IMG/VR virus record: IMGVR_UViG_3300037130_000236
Source of the DNA: a virus
Direction: 5' to 3' (one strand)
Length of the DNA: 64,000 bases
In this document: piece by piece, positions 18,111-28,517 of the stretch
How the letters are laid out: every line of letters starts with the position of its first letter
Numbering within the stretch: the stretch's first letter is position 1
Program-made: the position numbers and the translations under genes
Notes under the pieces: model-generated
Seen by the model: only the letters and a program-made list of their open reading frames with translations
Told to the model about the DNA's origin: nothing
Database searches by the model: none

Positions 18111-18529
18111 TGGCCAACGGAGATCCCCAGGACAACATTGCGGCGAGTGTGGCAGCTAGTTACGACATGCCGATCGCGGTCTCCGTCATTGAGAAGTTGT
18201 CCAAGTTCCCGTTCCTCCAGCAGTTGGGCTACAACGGCCAACTGAACTGGTTGAAGGGAGGATTCCTCGGGTTGCAGGACTTCTTCGACGAGATGACAAC
18301 CTATTCGAGCGCCGCCGACATCCTGCAGATTGCCTGGCAGCTCATCCAGTCCAGAGTGCCCCTCAACCTGGATGTGCAGAAGAACCTGTACACGACGGAT
18401 TCGATGGGAACGGTCGGCAATGCCTTCCAGCAACTGGTCGGTTTCCAACAGACCTTCGCCGTCAATCCCGACGACCTTTCCGATTCAACCGGCAGCGCAG
18501 TCGTTGCCAACAATCTTCCGAGTTCTTAA
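18110..18529 (+). CDS. Hypothetical virion-associated protein
   Basis: Coupled to terL (TAATG overlap). Confidence 0.7.
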   Translation: MANGDPQDNIAASVAASYDMPIAVSVIEKLSKFPFLQQLGYNGQLNWLKGGFLGLQDFFDEMTTYSSAADILQIAWQLIQSRVPLNLDVQKNLYTTDSMGTVGNAFQQLVGFQQTFAVNPDDLSDSTGSAVVANNLPSS

Positions 18530-20169
18530 TGGCCTTCGAGTCGATCCAGTTCAAGTACACCCCTCCGCCCACCGTCTCGGCGTCGATTCCCGCCGCACAA
18601 GCTGCTGTGCCTGTGAGTCTGGCAACGGGTGGCAGCCTGGCGAATTCCGGGAATGCCACGGCGAGCGCATCGGCCGCCGGAAAGCTGATCGCCAGACTGG
18701 CAGACCTGCTGGACACCAATCAGTACCTGCAGCAGGTGATCCTTGCGATGAGCACGGGGCTGGGCATTGAGTTCGATCCTTCCGTGGATCCGGAGACCGC
18801 GCGGGCACTGCAAACGATCTATTCAAACCTGCCGGTGCCGACCTCGCTTACCGTCAGTATGTACAACCGGATGCTCGATGCCAAAATGACGGCATTGCAG
18901 ATCGAATCAGGTCTGGGAACCGGCACGGCCTACGAGACGAATCCGTTTCAGGCGTCGGCCGTCACTCAAATCAACCAGACCATCGAAAGCGGCCTGGTCA
19001 ACAGCGGACAATCCCAGTACCAGACCGCTCTGCTTCTGGGGCCGTTGAAAGGGGACGCGGTCCTCTTCAACAACATGACAGCCCAGCTGTCACAGTATCC
19101 GGTCATTGCATCGCCGGGAACGCCTTCGATCGCCACCAACAATCCGAATCAGATCTCGATTCTGGGGCAGGACGTATCGCCGGCGCTGGCGAGCACAATG
19201 AACAGCTCGCTCGACTCCTTCCAAAGCTCCTATGCGTCGGTCTTCCAACTGACTGCGGGTGTAGGAGTCGTCGCACAGGACGTCAATAATGTCCTGAACC
19301 AGTTCTTCCTGGAACCTCCCACCAATCTGGTGAGGATGATCCCGATGTTGCAGGCACTTCAAGGCTTCTCACAAGGGCCTCGTCTGGACTCGATCGTCAA
19401 CGGGATGACTGGCACGGTGTTCGTTCAACTCATCGCTGAAGCGGCCGGGATGGTCATCGTGGCCGACCGTTTCATGCAGACCGCGGTGCAGCCCCTCAAA
19501 GGCAGCACATCCAATATCGGCCAGATGGTCTCGCAGATCCAGGCGGCCGCAGCCATGGCCAACGTGGTGGTCAACGGGGCAAGACAGAGCTTCGTGAACA
19601 CCACCGGCGGACTCAAGGGTTGTTCGCTGGCCTACAACAGCGGCCTGCCAACAGCGCCGGTCAGTTCGTCTGCGCTGGTGCCGGCGAGCACCTTCCAGGT
19701 TCCCGGGGCGGGGCCAATGACTCCCGGCCTGATGACGTTGGCTACCCACCTCGATTGGGCAAACACGACAGTCAGCAACCGGGTCATGGTGCTTCAGGAA
19801 TCGTTCCAGAAGCTGTTGAATCGCCGGACTGGCGACATGAACACCCAGATGGACATCATCGCCAGCACTCAAGCCCTGAACACACTGACCCAACTGGCCA
19901 AGGCCGTGATGACTTACAACAGCAGCCAGCCTGCGGTAGGCGCCACAAACTCTGTCACTCAGACCGCGGCCGTGAGCCAGATCCTCAGCGGGATGAGTTC
20001 GACGACAGGCACTTCCTTCGTTGTCACCAACGGCCAGATGCAGGCCGTTTCTCCCACAGTCCCCGCACCGCCCAGCAACGTGCAAACGGTTCTGACCAAG
20101 GGCGGCGTGAACCTGATCGTCGCATCCTCGTCGACTGTACAAGCACCCACCATCGGAGCAGTGAGCTAA
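18529..20169 (+). CDS. Hypothetical virion structural protein (546 aa, Ala/Ser/Thr/Gln-rich, helical)
   Basis: Coupled ORF between terL and portal. Confidence 0.7.
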   Translation: MAFESIQFKYTPPPTVSASIPAAQAAVPVSLATGGSLANSGNATASASAAGKLIARLADLLDTNQYLQQVILAMSTGLGIEFDPSVDPETARALQTIYSNLPVPTSLTVSMYNRMLDAKMTALQIESGLGTGTAYETNPFQASAVTQINQTIESGLVNSGQSQYQTALLLGPLKGDAVLFNNMTAQLSQYPVIASPGTPSIATNNPNQISILGQDVSPALASTMNSSLDSFQSSYASVFQLTAGVGVVAQDVNNVLNQFFLEPPTNLVRMIPMLQALQGFSQGPRLDSIVNGMTGTVFVQLIAEAAGMVIVADRFMQTAVQPLKGSTSNIGQMVSQIQAAAAMANVVVNGARQSFVNTTGGLKGCSLAYNSGLPTAPVSSSALVPASTFQVPGAGPMTPGLMTLATHLDWANTTVSNRVMVLQESFQKLLNRRTGDMNTQMDIIASTQALNTLTQLAKAVMTYNSSQPAVGATNSVTQTAAVSQILSGMSSTTGTSFVVTNGQMQAVSPTVPAPPSNVQTVLTKGGVNLIVASSSTVQAPTIGAVS

Positions 20170-22385
20170 TGCCACGCACACCAGACACCACTCTTCAGGA
20201 CAATGCAGCGGCCCGGCAGGAGCGGCTCATGGCCTTTGTTGACGGCACGTCCACCAAAGCCAAGCCCGGCAAAGCCGCGGTGATCCGCCGGACGATCGCC
20301 GGCCAGGTCATCGAGCCCAACATCAAAGGGCTGGGGCGCAGGACTGCCTCGTATACCGATAAAGGCTTTCAGCCTGTTGAACGGTCGACTGGTGAACGCA
20401 ACATCAGCGACAAGCTGATGGAAGGCATGAAGATCGAGGACGCCGGCAAGATGCTGAACGGCGACCTGAACAAGATCAAGCTCGACAAGGCAGCTGATTA
20501 CATCGGCACCTACTATATGTGGAACGGCATCCTGATGCCGGAGTATGACATGCGCGAACCGCACGCCATCTCTGACACCGAGGTCTACGTCAAGCAGGCC
20601 GTGGCCCGCAAGCTGGCGCTCGCCGCGCGCGCCGGCTACGAAATCATGAGCGACCGCGAGGAAGACGCTGATTACATCCAGACTCGCATCAATGCGTTTG
20701 AATTCGTCACCGAACGCAGCTTCGAGAGCTTCATCAAGGGCGTTCTGCGCAACCTGTTCCTGTGTTCCAACTGCTTCCTGCTCAAGATCCGCAAGGAAGA
20801 CGCTTCCCCGGTGAGCAAGAAGGAGGGCGGCAGAGTCCCAGTCGCTGCCTATGTGATCGTCCCCGCCCACACCATGCACCCTTATCTGGAGAAGGGGAAG
20901 ATCAGCAAGTGGCGCCGCATCTTCGACCACGGCATTCCGTGGATCGATTACCCGGTTGAGGACATCATCCACCTGAAGTGGGACGTCAAGCCAGGCCACA
21001 TCTTCGGAACGCCGCGCACCATCGCCGTCCGGGATGACATCTTCGCCCTGCGCCGGCTTGAAGAGAACATCGAACTCCTGTTCATCAACCACCTGTTCCC
21101 GTTGTTTCACGTTCAGGTAGGCAACGAGAAGGCTCCCTGCACCTACGGTCCGGGCGGTGAGTCCGAGATCGATATGGTGCGCTTCCAGATCGAGAACATG
21201 CCCAAGGAGGGCGTGTTCGTAACCGACGAGCGCGTCACCGTCACCGCCGTTGGCGCCAACGGCAAGTCTCTCGACTTCAAGGCCCTGGTGGAGCACTTCA
21301 AGTCCCGGGTCTACATCGGCCTGGGCATGAGCGCCATCGATATGGGCGAAGGCGCCGACGCCACCCGCGCCACAGCCGACAACATCTCGCAGAACTTGAA
21401 GGATTCAATCAAGGCCGACCTCGACGAGCTGGCCGATCAGATCCGGATGCTCATCTTCAAGGAATGGTTCCAGGAAGCCAACTACTCGACATCCGTGCAG
21501 AAGGGCGTGGCGCGCACCAAGCTGGCATTCCACGAACTCGATCTCGACAATCGGATCAAGGAAGAGACGCATGTGATGGCTCTCTTCAATTCCCACCTGC
21601 TCACCGAGACGGAAGCCCGCAAGCGAATGAACCTCAAGCCGATGAGCAAGACGGAGCAGAACGATACTCACTTCGCTCTCCATGTGCTTCGCCTCGAGCG
21701 CGAGATCCAGAAGTACAAAACCGCATCGGCCATCGAGATCGGCCAACAGGATGTGACGAACCAGAAGGCGTTGGCCGGAACCCAGATGAAGCTGATGGAA
21801 GCCCAGGCCAAGCTGTCCGAGGTCAAGGCCGGCCACGAACAACAGAGTCTTGAAGCACAGGCGAAACACCTGCCTGTCATTGCCAAGGCGAAGGTCGCCG
21901 TGGCCAATGCCAGCTCACGCCGGACCAGCAAGGGTACCGGCGCCGGTCACCCGCGCGGAGGCACGGCCAAGAAGACAACCCAGACCGCTGCGGCAACCGC
22001 CAATAAGATGCGCCCGACCAACCAGCATGGATCGAAGCTGGGCCCAGGCAAGAACAGTGACAGCCTCATGAGCGAAATCTATGAAGGCTTGGTGCAAGGT
22101 CGTGACCGACTGATTGCCGATGGTCTCAATGTGGATAAGAACTGGCGCAAAGCAAGCGGTCAGATCATCGATGAGATCGTTGCACGACTCAACCAGCGCG
22201 AAATCACCGATTCAGTTGGTGATTCCTATACTAGACAGGAACGAGCCGCCGGACTGACTTCATTGAAGTCCGTGATTGCTGAAACTTCTGATCCTGAGCT
22301 TCTTTCCGTGCTTCTTCGAGCGGAATTGGAAGACGAGGTAGATGATGCCGAACTTGAATATGCCATTGCCGGTCGTGCAGCTTAA
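20169..22385 (+). CDS. Portal protein with C-terminal extension
   Basis: Position after terL; DIIHLKW....HIFGTP..IAV.DDI.ALRRLEE, PLFHVQVG and +TE.EARK portal-like motifs; ATG 20169 overlaps the previous stop. Confidence 0.85.
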   Translation: MPRTPDTTLQDNAAARQERLMAFVDGTSTKAKPGKAAVIRRTIAGQVIEPNIKGLGRRTASYTDKGFQPVERSTGERNISDKLMEGMKIEDAGKMLNGDLNKIKLDKAADYIGTYYMWNGILMPEYDMREPHAISDTEVYVKQAVARKLALAARAGYEIMSDREEDADYIQTRINAFEFVTERSFESFIKGVLRNLFLCSNCFLLKIRKEDASPVSKKEGGRVPVAAYVIVPAHTMHPYLEKGKISKWRRIFDHGIPWIDYPVEDIIHLKWDVKPGHIFGTPRTIAVRDDIFALRRLEENIELLFINHLFPLFHVQVGNEKAPCTYGPGGESEIDMVRFQIENMPKEGVFVTDERVTVTAVGANGKSLDFKALVEHFKSRVYIGLGMSAIDMGEGADATRATADNISQNLKDSIKADLDELADQIRMLIFKEWFQEANYSTSVQKGVARTKLAFHELDLDNRIKEETHVMALFNSHLLTETEARKRMNLKPMSKTEQNDTHFALHVLRLEREIQKYKTASAIEIGQQDVTNQKALAGTQMKLMEAQAKLSEVKAGHEQQSLEAQAKHLPVIAKAKVAVANASSRRTSKGTGAGHPRGGTAKKTTQTAAATANKMRPTNQHGSKLGPGKNSDSLMSEIYEGLVQGRDRLIADGLNVDKNWRKASGQIIDEIVARLNQREITDSVGDSYTRQERAAGLTSLKSVIAETSDPELLSVLLRAELEDEVDDAELEYAIAGRAA
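22225..22234 (+). promoter_or_regulatory. Motif A copy (CCTATACTAG) inside the portal 3' end
   Basis: Exact copy upstream of ORF 22342 and the protease gene. Confidence 0.6.
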
Positions 22386-22530
22386 CGGTCCTGGGATGCA
22401 GAACTCCAGAGTGACTCCGCTGCAACAGGCACTTGCGCAGGATGCGTCCGCTCTGTTCCAGAGCAACGCATCGATTCAGCCCATCCCGCAGGGAGGTCCC
22501 TTCCTGCTTGAGATTCCTCTCAATCGTTAG
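22342..22530 (+). CDS. Small hypothetical protein
   Basis: RBS gaggtag; overlaps the portal end; downstream of motif A. Confidence 0.45.
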   Translation: MMPNLNMPLPVVQLNGPGMQNSRVTPLQQALAQDASALFQSNASIQPIPQGGPFLLEIPLNR

Positions 22531-22569
22531 GTAGTGGGGCGCCGGACAGTACCTGTTACCCGGGCGACT

Positions 22570-22584
22570 AACTAACAGTTGGTT
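22570..22584. promoter_or_regulatory. Motif C dyad (AACTAAC-A-GTTGGTT), putative operator
   Basis: Near-perfect palindrome repeated at 26843, 28468, 32179, 36400 and 62175. Confidence 0.6.
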
Positions 22585-22600
22585 CCATACAAGGTAGGAC

Positions 22601-24994
22601 ATGCTGAGCGAACGCCGTTGGCTCAAGATCCACGACTTTCTGACGTTTCGTCCGAGCGCGGTTCTTGAGAACAAGAGATTCCTGTTCGAGTGCAAGGACT
22701 CGAAGTCCGAGACAGGCCACAGCCTGCTCGTTCGCGTGGACGCGACTCACGCCGGCATCGTAACTGGCAATCGCAAGTTCTACCGTCCCGATTGCATGCA
22801 GGACGCGGTTCAGACCTGGATTCCCAAAGGGGTCGCACCGCTTCCCGTTCTTCGCGGGCACGACAAAGAAGGCGACGTGCTGGGCCGGATTCGTGAGGCC
22901 AAGTACATCGACGACTCCTGGAAGTACGCCAGGGACTTTCCGGTTCTGAAGGACTCAGTCTTCTATAACCGTGATTCGAAGACCAGCGGTAAGTTCAACG
23001 TGTTCAAGACGGTGGACTGGATTCAGGACAACCTGGCCCGCGTGAAGGGCTACCAGGGAATCGGTCATATCGAACTGGGTTTGACTCTGACCAACCCTGA
23101 AGCGATTCAGAAGATACTCCGTGACGAGTATCTGTGCGTTTCGGCCGGTGCGATTACCGACTCGGCTACCTGCTCCATCTGCCACACCGACTGGGCGTCG
23201 GAGGACAAGTGCGAACACCGCCCCGGTGAGATCGTCGATGGACGCATGGCCTTCCTGATCTCGGGAAGGTTCAAGTACAAGGAACTCAGCTTCGTCAACT
23301 TTGGAGCCGACCCGTTTGCTCAGGTGAAGTCCTACGAGTTGAAGGACTCACTCGAGAAGATGTTCTTCCTTGGTCTGCCTCTCGATGACCAGCAGTTTGC
23401 TATCGATAGGGGCCTCAAACTGACCGACAGCCTGTACGAGTCGGACATCGTGATTGAATACGAGGAACCAAAGATGACGATTGATGTGGCCGTCGCACAA
23501 CAGACTCTCAAGAGTCCCGATTTGACGGCAGCGCAAGCATTCGATCTGCAGGATCAACTCACAGCCTGGGCGCCTGAGTCAGACGAAGAGAAGACCTCCC
23601 GGCGCAGTCTGCAGTCCACACTCACCGCCAAGATCCGCAAGAACGGTTGGAAGCGGAAAGAAACTGCCGATCCGGCCGCGATCGAGGATGCCGGCATGAG
23701 CGCCGATCTCGCAGCGGTTCCCGCGGTAGCGGATGGCGTGAACGATGCAACTTCCATTACGACAGCGGTTGCTGAGGCAACCGAGTGCGTGGACGGGATC
23801 TGCGATTGGACAGGGTTCACCCTGACCGACGAGGACCAGGTGTTCTTCGCCGACGAGCAGAAAGTCTACGACGCGCTTTGCACCGAGATGGATGCCGCGG
23901 GCACCGGCGGCGAACTCAAGGACGAACAGATCAAGGACGCCAAGCTGGATGCGGAAGCCCGCAAGAAACTGGGTGGCAAATCCTTCTGTGGCCCGAACCG
24001 CACCTTCCCCGTGGAAGACTGCGCGCATCACACCGCAGCCCTCCGGCTGCTGGGCCGGGCCAAGATCAGCGACGGCGCCAAGGAGAAGATCCGAGCCTGC
24101 GTTGAGAGAAAGGGCAAGACGTTGAAGTGTTCCGTTGCCTCCAAGACCGAAGACAAGATCAATACCACGGCCACCGAGGGCACCGAGATCAGTGACGAAC
24201 TGAAGGCCCTGGCTGTTCACGTCAAACTGATCGATTCGGTGGATGGCTACGATGCCGTCTCAGCCGAAGAAGCCTTGAAGGACGAAAAGCGGGCTCAGAT
24301 CAAGGAAATACTTGGCCATTACCATGCCCTGGATGTTCATCACAAAGGTTGTGAGCCTGATCTGCAGTACAAGATTGAGGATCTCCACAATGCTCTGGCC
24401 GAACGGTGGGGCAAGGACCGCTGGGTCGCATGGGCCAAGAAGTCGCTGGCCGAGCATATCAAGGATTCCCTGTTCGTTTCCAAGGACGAGCTGGCCGAGA
24501 AGGACGACGCCGTTCTGGGCCTGACCGATGAGCTGGCGACGATCAGAACCAGTGTCGCCACCAAGGACCGCCTGCTCGCCGCCGTCCTCCTGGATTCGAA
24601 GACGAGCCTGGCAACGACGCTGGTCATGCACAACTGCCTGCGGAAGAAGGACGGCTATGTCGGCCTCGATCCGAAGCAGATTCAGGACAAGATCGCCGAG
24701 TTTGCCAAGCGCCACATCCAGAGTCTGAAAGACGCTGTGACCGATCTTTTCACCGAGCTGCAGTGGAACACCGCGGCCGAACCGGGGAAAGCTGGCACCG
24801 ACCAGGGAACCACGGTAAACGACAACGCTCACGTAGATGAGGCTGATGGAACGGACCCCAGTCCGGCTCTGATCCCTGCGCTCACGGTGCAAGACGCCCA
24901 GAAGCTCGATCGCATGCTCACCTACATTCATGACGAAACGGACCGCCAGCGGTACATCGCCGACGTTCGTTACGGACGTGTGCAGCTCAGCTAA
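22601..24994 (+). CDS. Prohead protease / scaffold fusion
   Basis: GHD...+GR, VSAG...CSIC...CEH.PG and ELSFVN.GAD HK97-type protease motifs; acidic/helical C-terminal scaffold containing a K.LG.KSFCGP.RTFP..D..H..AA segment (DUF6582-like). Confidence 0.85.
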   Translation: MLSERRWLKIHDFLTFRPSAVLENKRFLFECKDSKSETGHSLLVRVDATHAGIVTGNRKFYRPDCMQDAVQTWIPKGVAPLPVLRGHDKEGDVLGRIREAKYIDDSWKYARDFPVLKDSVFYNRDSKTSGKFNVFKTVDWIQDNLARVKGYQGIGHIELGLTLTNPEAIQKILRDEYLCVSAGAITDSATCSICHTDWASEDKCEHRPGEIVDGRMAFLISGRFKYKELSFVNFGADPFAQVKSYELKDSLEKMFFLGLPLDDQQFAIDRGLKLTDSLYESDIVIEYEEPKMTIDVAVAQQTLKSPDLTAAQAFDLQDQLTAWAPESDEEKTSRRSLQSTLTAKIRKNGWKRKETADPAAIEDAGMSADLAAVPAVADGVNDATSITTAVAEATECVDGICDWTGFTLTDEDQVFFADEQKVYDALCTEMDAAGTGGELKDEQIKDAKLDAEARKKLGGKSFCGPNRTFPVEDCAHHTAALRLLGRAKISDGAKEKIRACVERKGKTLKCSVASKTEDKINTTATEGTEISDELKALAVHVKLIDSVDGYDAVSAEEALKDEKRAQIKEILGHYHALDVHHKGCEPDLQYKIEDLHNALAERWGKDRWVAWAKKSLAEHIKDSLFVSKDELAEKDDAVLGLTDELATIRTSVATKDRLLAAVLLDSKTSLATTLVMHNCLRKKDGYVGLDPKQIQDKIAEFAKRHIQSLKDAVTDLFTELQWNTAAEPGKAGTDQGTTVNDNAHVDEADGTDPSPALIPALTVQDAQKLDRMLTYIHDETDRQRYIADVRYGRVQLS

Positions 24995-25027
24995 GCAACC
25001 AAGACTTAGGTTGCAGGAGAAACTATC

Positions 25028-26824
25028 ATGCCAGTCGATCTCAATAACCAGTACACCGGCAAACTGTTCGGGCAGGACCGTATTGGTCAGACGACCCCGG
25101 ACCTGGAGCTCTCTGAGCCCCTGAAGCCTTGGCTGCCTGTTCCGTATCCGGCGCCCTATCTGCCGGGTCTGCGTCAGGATCAAGGCCATCCGAAGTTGGC
25201 GTCTGTCGTGCTCAGCTCGCAGCATCTGATTGGGCAAGACAAGAGCGGCGCGCTCGTTCCTTCCGGCCTGCAATGCGGAAAGACTCCCGCCGGTTCCAAC
25301 GTGTGGTGCATCATTCAGTGGGGCGCAGGTTCGATCGATCAGTTCACCATCGACCCCCGCACCGGCAACGCCGTCACTCCTGGCGACCATTGTGTTCTGG
25401 CAGCTCCCGCCGACGCCGCGCCTGGCAACGTGACCCTGACCAACGGCACCGTGATTGCGGTCAGCTGGACCGACATCAACTGGGCCTGGAACTGCACTCT
25501 GTTCCCGAGCGTGACGACTGGCACGACCCTGTCCGGGTCCGCCACCAACGTTCCCCTGGTTCCGGTGCTCACGCCTTCCGCCGCTGCGACCGCGTCGACC
25601 CTGGTTTACACAGTCGCTGCGGCTGGTGACACTTTTGCAGGTCAGCTGACCTTCAAGGTCGGCGCGGCCGGCACACCTGTGACGGTTGAGTTCAACGGAA
25701 CACTGGCAGCGGCTGCAACAGCTGTTGCGGCTGCGGTTACTGCTCAGGCGCCTGCTTCTGCTGTGACTGCTGCGAATGCGGTTCTCACCGCGGCGAACAC
25801 CGCGCTGGCCACGGCCAACACCGCCGTGACGACTGCCAACACCGCTCTCACCGCCGCGAATGTGGTTGTTACCACGGCCGGCAACACAGTGACAGCGACG
25901 GACCTTGCCAACCAGTCTGCGGCTCTGGCGGCCTACAACACCGCTCTGGCCAACCTGGCGACTGCCCAGACCACCCAAGTTGCTGCACAGAACGCTTACA
26001 CCGCCGTGTTCAACCTGAACGCAGTGACCGTCGCGGCCACCACGACCACACTGACCCTCACGGGCGTGGTTGACGGCGCGCTCCTGGCCGGCACCAACTC
26101 CTTCGTCTTCACCAGCGACATCGACGACGTGGGCCATGTGGGCACGGCAGTCCCTTACTCGTATGGCACGGCCCGTCCGATCGGCGTTTGCACTCGGAAC
26201 GTCTTCCAGTACATCGGAGGCGTGAAGATCATCGACAAATCGCTCGCCGGCGGCATCCTGTACCGCCTCGAAGGCCTGAACCCCATCGGATTCCAGGTCA
26301 TGAACTACATGCACGAGATGGGCACGGCCATCCAGACCCAGTACGTGCTGAAGGTGCCGTGGATCGGGGCCACGCCGAACACGCTGCAGCAAGACGCAAC
26401 GACCGACGGCATTCAGGGCTACGTGCAGGGCTATGGACGCACCTTCGCCCACTTCACGGGCCTTCCCACCACCGGCGCAGGCGTGACCTTCTCGCAGTTC
26501 CAGAACGACCAGGGCAACTACACGGTGTTCAACCCGGCAGTCAACTCTCCGGTTGATCTGGTCGGTCGCATCATCGGCGTCGTGAACATGATCAACAAGA
26601 TCGGGTTCTCGAACCGCATCAAGACCCTGTGGGATCCGTCTCGCATGGTTGGCCCGATGACCGATCCGAATCCGGCGGCCATCATGATGGGCGGCTCGGC
26701 CACTGCCGGCCTGCCTTACGACCTGAACCTGACGACTGACGGCATCTACAAGGCCTCTCAGTTGCAGAAGACTCAGGCCCGGCCCGAGTACGGCACCTAC
26801 GTCCTGGTCCGCGTGCTCCTGTAA
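25028..26824 (+). CDS. Capsid decoration/cement protein with an Ala/Thr/Asn heptad insert
   Basis: Position between protease and MCP; RPIGV..RNVFQY..NY C-terminal part; TAANAVL-TAANTAL-ATANTAV-TTANTAL repeats. Confidence 0.7.
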   Translation: MPVDLNNQYTGKLFGQDRIGQTTPDLELSEPLKPWLPVPYPAPYLPGLRQDQGHPKLASVVLSSQHLIGQDKSGALVPSGLQCGKTPAGSNVWCIIQWGAGSIDQFTIDPRTGNAVTPGDHCVLAAPADAAPGNVTLTNGTVIAVSWTDINWAWNCTLFPSVTTGTTLSGSATNVPLVPVLTPSAAATASTLVYTVAAAGDTFAGQLTFKVGAAGTPVTVEFNGTLAAAATAVAAAVTAQAPASAVTAANAVLTAANTALATANTAVTTANTALTAANVVVTTAGNTVTATDLANQSAALAAYNTALANLATAQTTQVAAQNAYTAVFNLNAVTVAATTTTLTLTGVVDGALLAGTNSFVFTSDIDDVGHVGTAVPYSYGTARPIGVCTRNVFQYIGGVKIIDKSLAGGILYRLEGLNPIGFQVMNYMHEMGTAIQTQYVLKVPWIGATPNTLQQDATTDGIQGYVQGYGRTFAHFTGLPTTGAGVTFSQFQNDQGNYTVFNPAVNSPVDLVGRIIGVVNMINKIGFSNRIKTLWDPSRMVGPMTDPNPAAIMMGGSATAGLPYDLNLTTDGIYKASQLQKTQARPEYGTYVLVRVLL

Positions 26825-26842
26825 TCCAGGCACACGCACCTT

Positions 26843-26856
26843 ACTAACAGTTGGTT
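26843..26856. promoter_or_regulatory. Motif C dyad (ACTAACAGTTGGTT)
   Basis: 14/14 identical to 22571-22584; lies 10 nt upstream of the Com-like gene. Confidence 0.6.
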
Positions 26857-26865
26857 GGAGCCTCC

Positions 26866-27066
26866 ATGCCGCAGATCGTGATCACCCATGGGCAAGCGTA
26901 TGTCAAGGGCGACGGTCTGCGGTGCATGGCAAAACGCTCCGATGGCACAGGCCGCGTCTGCGACAAGCTTGTGGTCAAGAAGAACCCAGCAGGTGAGATC
27001 GCCGGAGCATTCCAGTGCCCCGATCGCCGGTGTCGCCAGCATATCCAAGTCGAGACCAGACGATAA
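26866..27066 (+). CDS. Com-like zinc-finger protein
   Basis: LRC-x11-CDKLV...FQCP-x3-C..HI resembles the Mu Com pattern IRC..CNKLL...I.CPRCK. Confidence 0.6.
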   Translation: MPQIVITHGQAYVKGDGLRCMAKRSDGTGRVCDKLVVKKNPAGEIAGAFQCPDRRCRQHIQVETRR

Positions 27067-27143
27067 CTGCGGTCTCTGACGCACACCTTTACAATCCGCC
27101 GGCCCACGTTGGACCAAACCGCCCTGAGGAGGGTATTTTCCAC

Positions 27144-28469
27144 ATGTCAAAGACCAAGGTCACTCCCGAACAATTCAAGGCAGAACTTGAACTGCAGGAT
27201 CGGTTTGCGACAATCTTCCGCACGAACGGGTGGGACCCCGTCGCCGACAAGGTTGTCGACATCAACGATGCCCTGGACATCCAGAACGCTGCCTTCATGA
27301 TTCCGAAGGCGATGACGACCATCGTGCAGGAAGGCATCGAGCCGATGTTGATCGGCACCCACCTGCTTCAGAAGATCCAGTACAAGCCCGGCATGATGAC
27401 CGTATTCCCGGCCGTCGAGCCTCTGCGTGCAGAGGAAACCGGCGACGGCATGGATCTGCCGATCTACAACATCAACATCGGCGGCGCGCAGTCCTTCGGC
27501 GTGACCGTCAAGCGTCACGGCCTTCGCCTGAAGATCGCCAAGCGGTTCGTCGAGGAATCGGCCTACCCATGGATCAACTTCTGGCTGCGTCTGGCCGGCA
27601 ACGCTCTCGCGCGCCACAAGGAAGAGTACATCTTCGACTTCATCACGAAGCTCGGCACGTTGGTCTTCGACAACGATCCGAACTCCCGTCTGGCCAGCTC
27701 CCCGCTGCAGCCGATCAAGGGCGTCACGACCGGCCGCAACTACAAGGGCGTGCTGAACGGCTCCATGACAGTGGACGACGTGTTCGATATGTACGCGGCT
27801 GTGCTGCTCAACGGCTTCGTGCCCGACACGCTCCTGGTCCACCCCATGGCGTGGCTGATGTGGGTCAAGGATCCTGTCCTCCGTGAGTTTGCCATCCAGG
27901 CAGGCGGCGGCAGCTTCTTCGCCAACTTCACCGGCAACCCCGCGGTGCTTGGCAACAAGTTCTACAACAACGGCGGACTCGGCATCGGTCAAGGCCAGAC
28001 CGGGCAGTACACCAACGGTCAGCTCACCGGCGGCGAAGTGTCGCAGGCGACTTCTGGCAACTACCAGAACATGACGTCGGCCCCGATCCTGCCGAACTAC
28101 CTCGGCATTCCATTCCGGATCCTGGTCAGCCCGTTCGTGAACTTCGATCCCGAGCAGCGCACAACCGACATCATGATGTTCAACAGCCGCAACCTCGGCG
28201 CCCTGATTGTGGCTGAAGAGCCTCATGTCAAGAGCTGGGAAGACGGCCAGTACAACATCCAGAACATGTCGATCGAAGAGACCTACGGCTTCGGCATCCT
28301 CAACGAGGGCCAGGCCATCGCGGTCGCCCGCAACGTGAAGATCCGCCCGAACGAGTTCGTGATGCCCGCCCGCACCGTGTACAACCTGTCGGATTCGGAC
28401 AGCACCTACACCGATCTGGGCACGGCGCCGATCTTCGATCCGGCCAACCCGCTCAACGTCAACGCCTAA
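27144..28469 (+). CDS. Major capsid protein (HK97 fold)
   Basis: Strong RBS gaggagg; 441 aa; IP+.+...+.E..EP, K.GL...+..., PD.LL+HP..W and +.E.YGFG+LN.G..+.VA.N+ jumbo-phage MCP-like motifs; highly biased codons. Confidence 0.9.
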   Translation: MSKTKVTPEQFKAELELQDRFATIFRTNGWDPVADKVVDINDALDIQNAAFMIPKAMTTIVQEGIEPMLIGTHLLQKIQYKPGMMTVFPAVEPLRAEETGDGMDLPIYNINIGGAQSFGVTVKRHGLRLKIAKRFVEESAYPWINFWLRLAGNALARHKEEYIFDFITKLGTLVFDNDPNSRLASSPLQPIKGVTTGRNYKGVLNGSMTVDDVFDMYAAVLLNGFVPDTLLVHPMAWLMWVKDPVLREFAIQAGGGSFFANFTGNPAVLGNKFYNNGGLGIGQGQTGQYTNGQLTGGEVSQATSGNYQNMTSAPILPNYLGIPFRILVSPFVNFDPEQRTTDIMMFNSRNLGALIVAEEPHVKSWEDGQYNIQNMSIEETYGFGILNEGQAIAVARNVKIRPNEFVMPARTVYNLSDSDSTYTDLGTAPIFDPANPLNVNA

Positions 28470-28495
28470 CCAACAGTCAGTTCTGTGCAACCATC

Positions 28496-28517
28496 GGGCG
28501 GCGGGCAACCGCCGCCC
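28496..28517 (+). terminator. GC-rich hairpin after the MCP gene
   Basis: gggcggcgg-gcaa-ccgccgccc perfect 9-bp stem with a GNRA loop; weak U-tract. Confidence 0.6.

Noticed and set aside
19620-20168. N-terminal extension of the portal ORF
   Set aside because: It overlaps gene 18529..20169 entirely. The ATG at 20169 is coupled to the previous stop.
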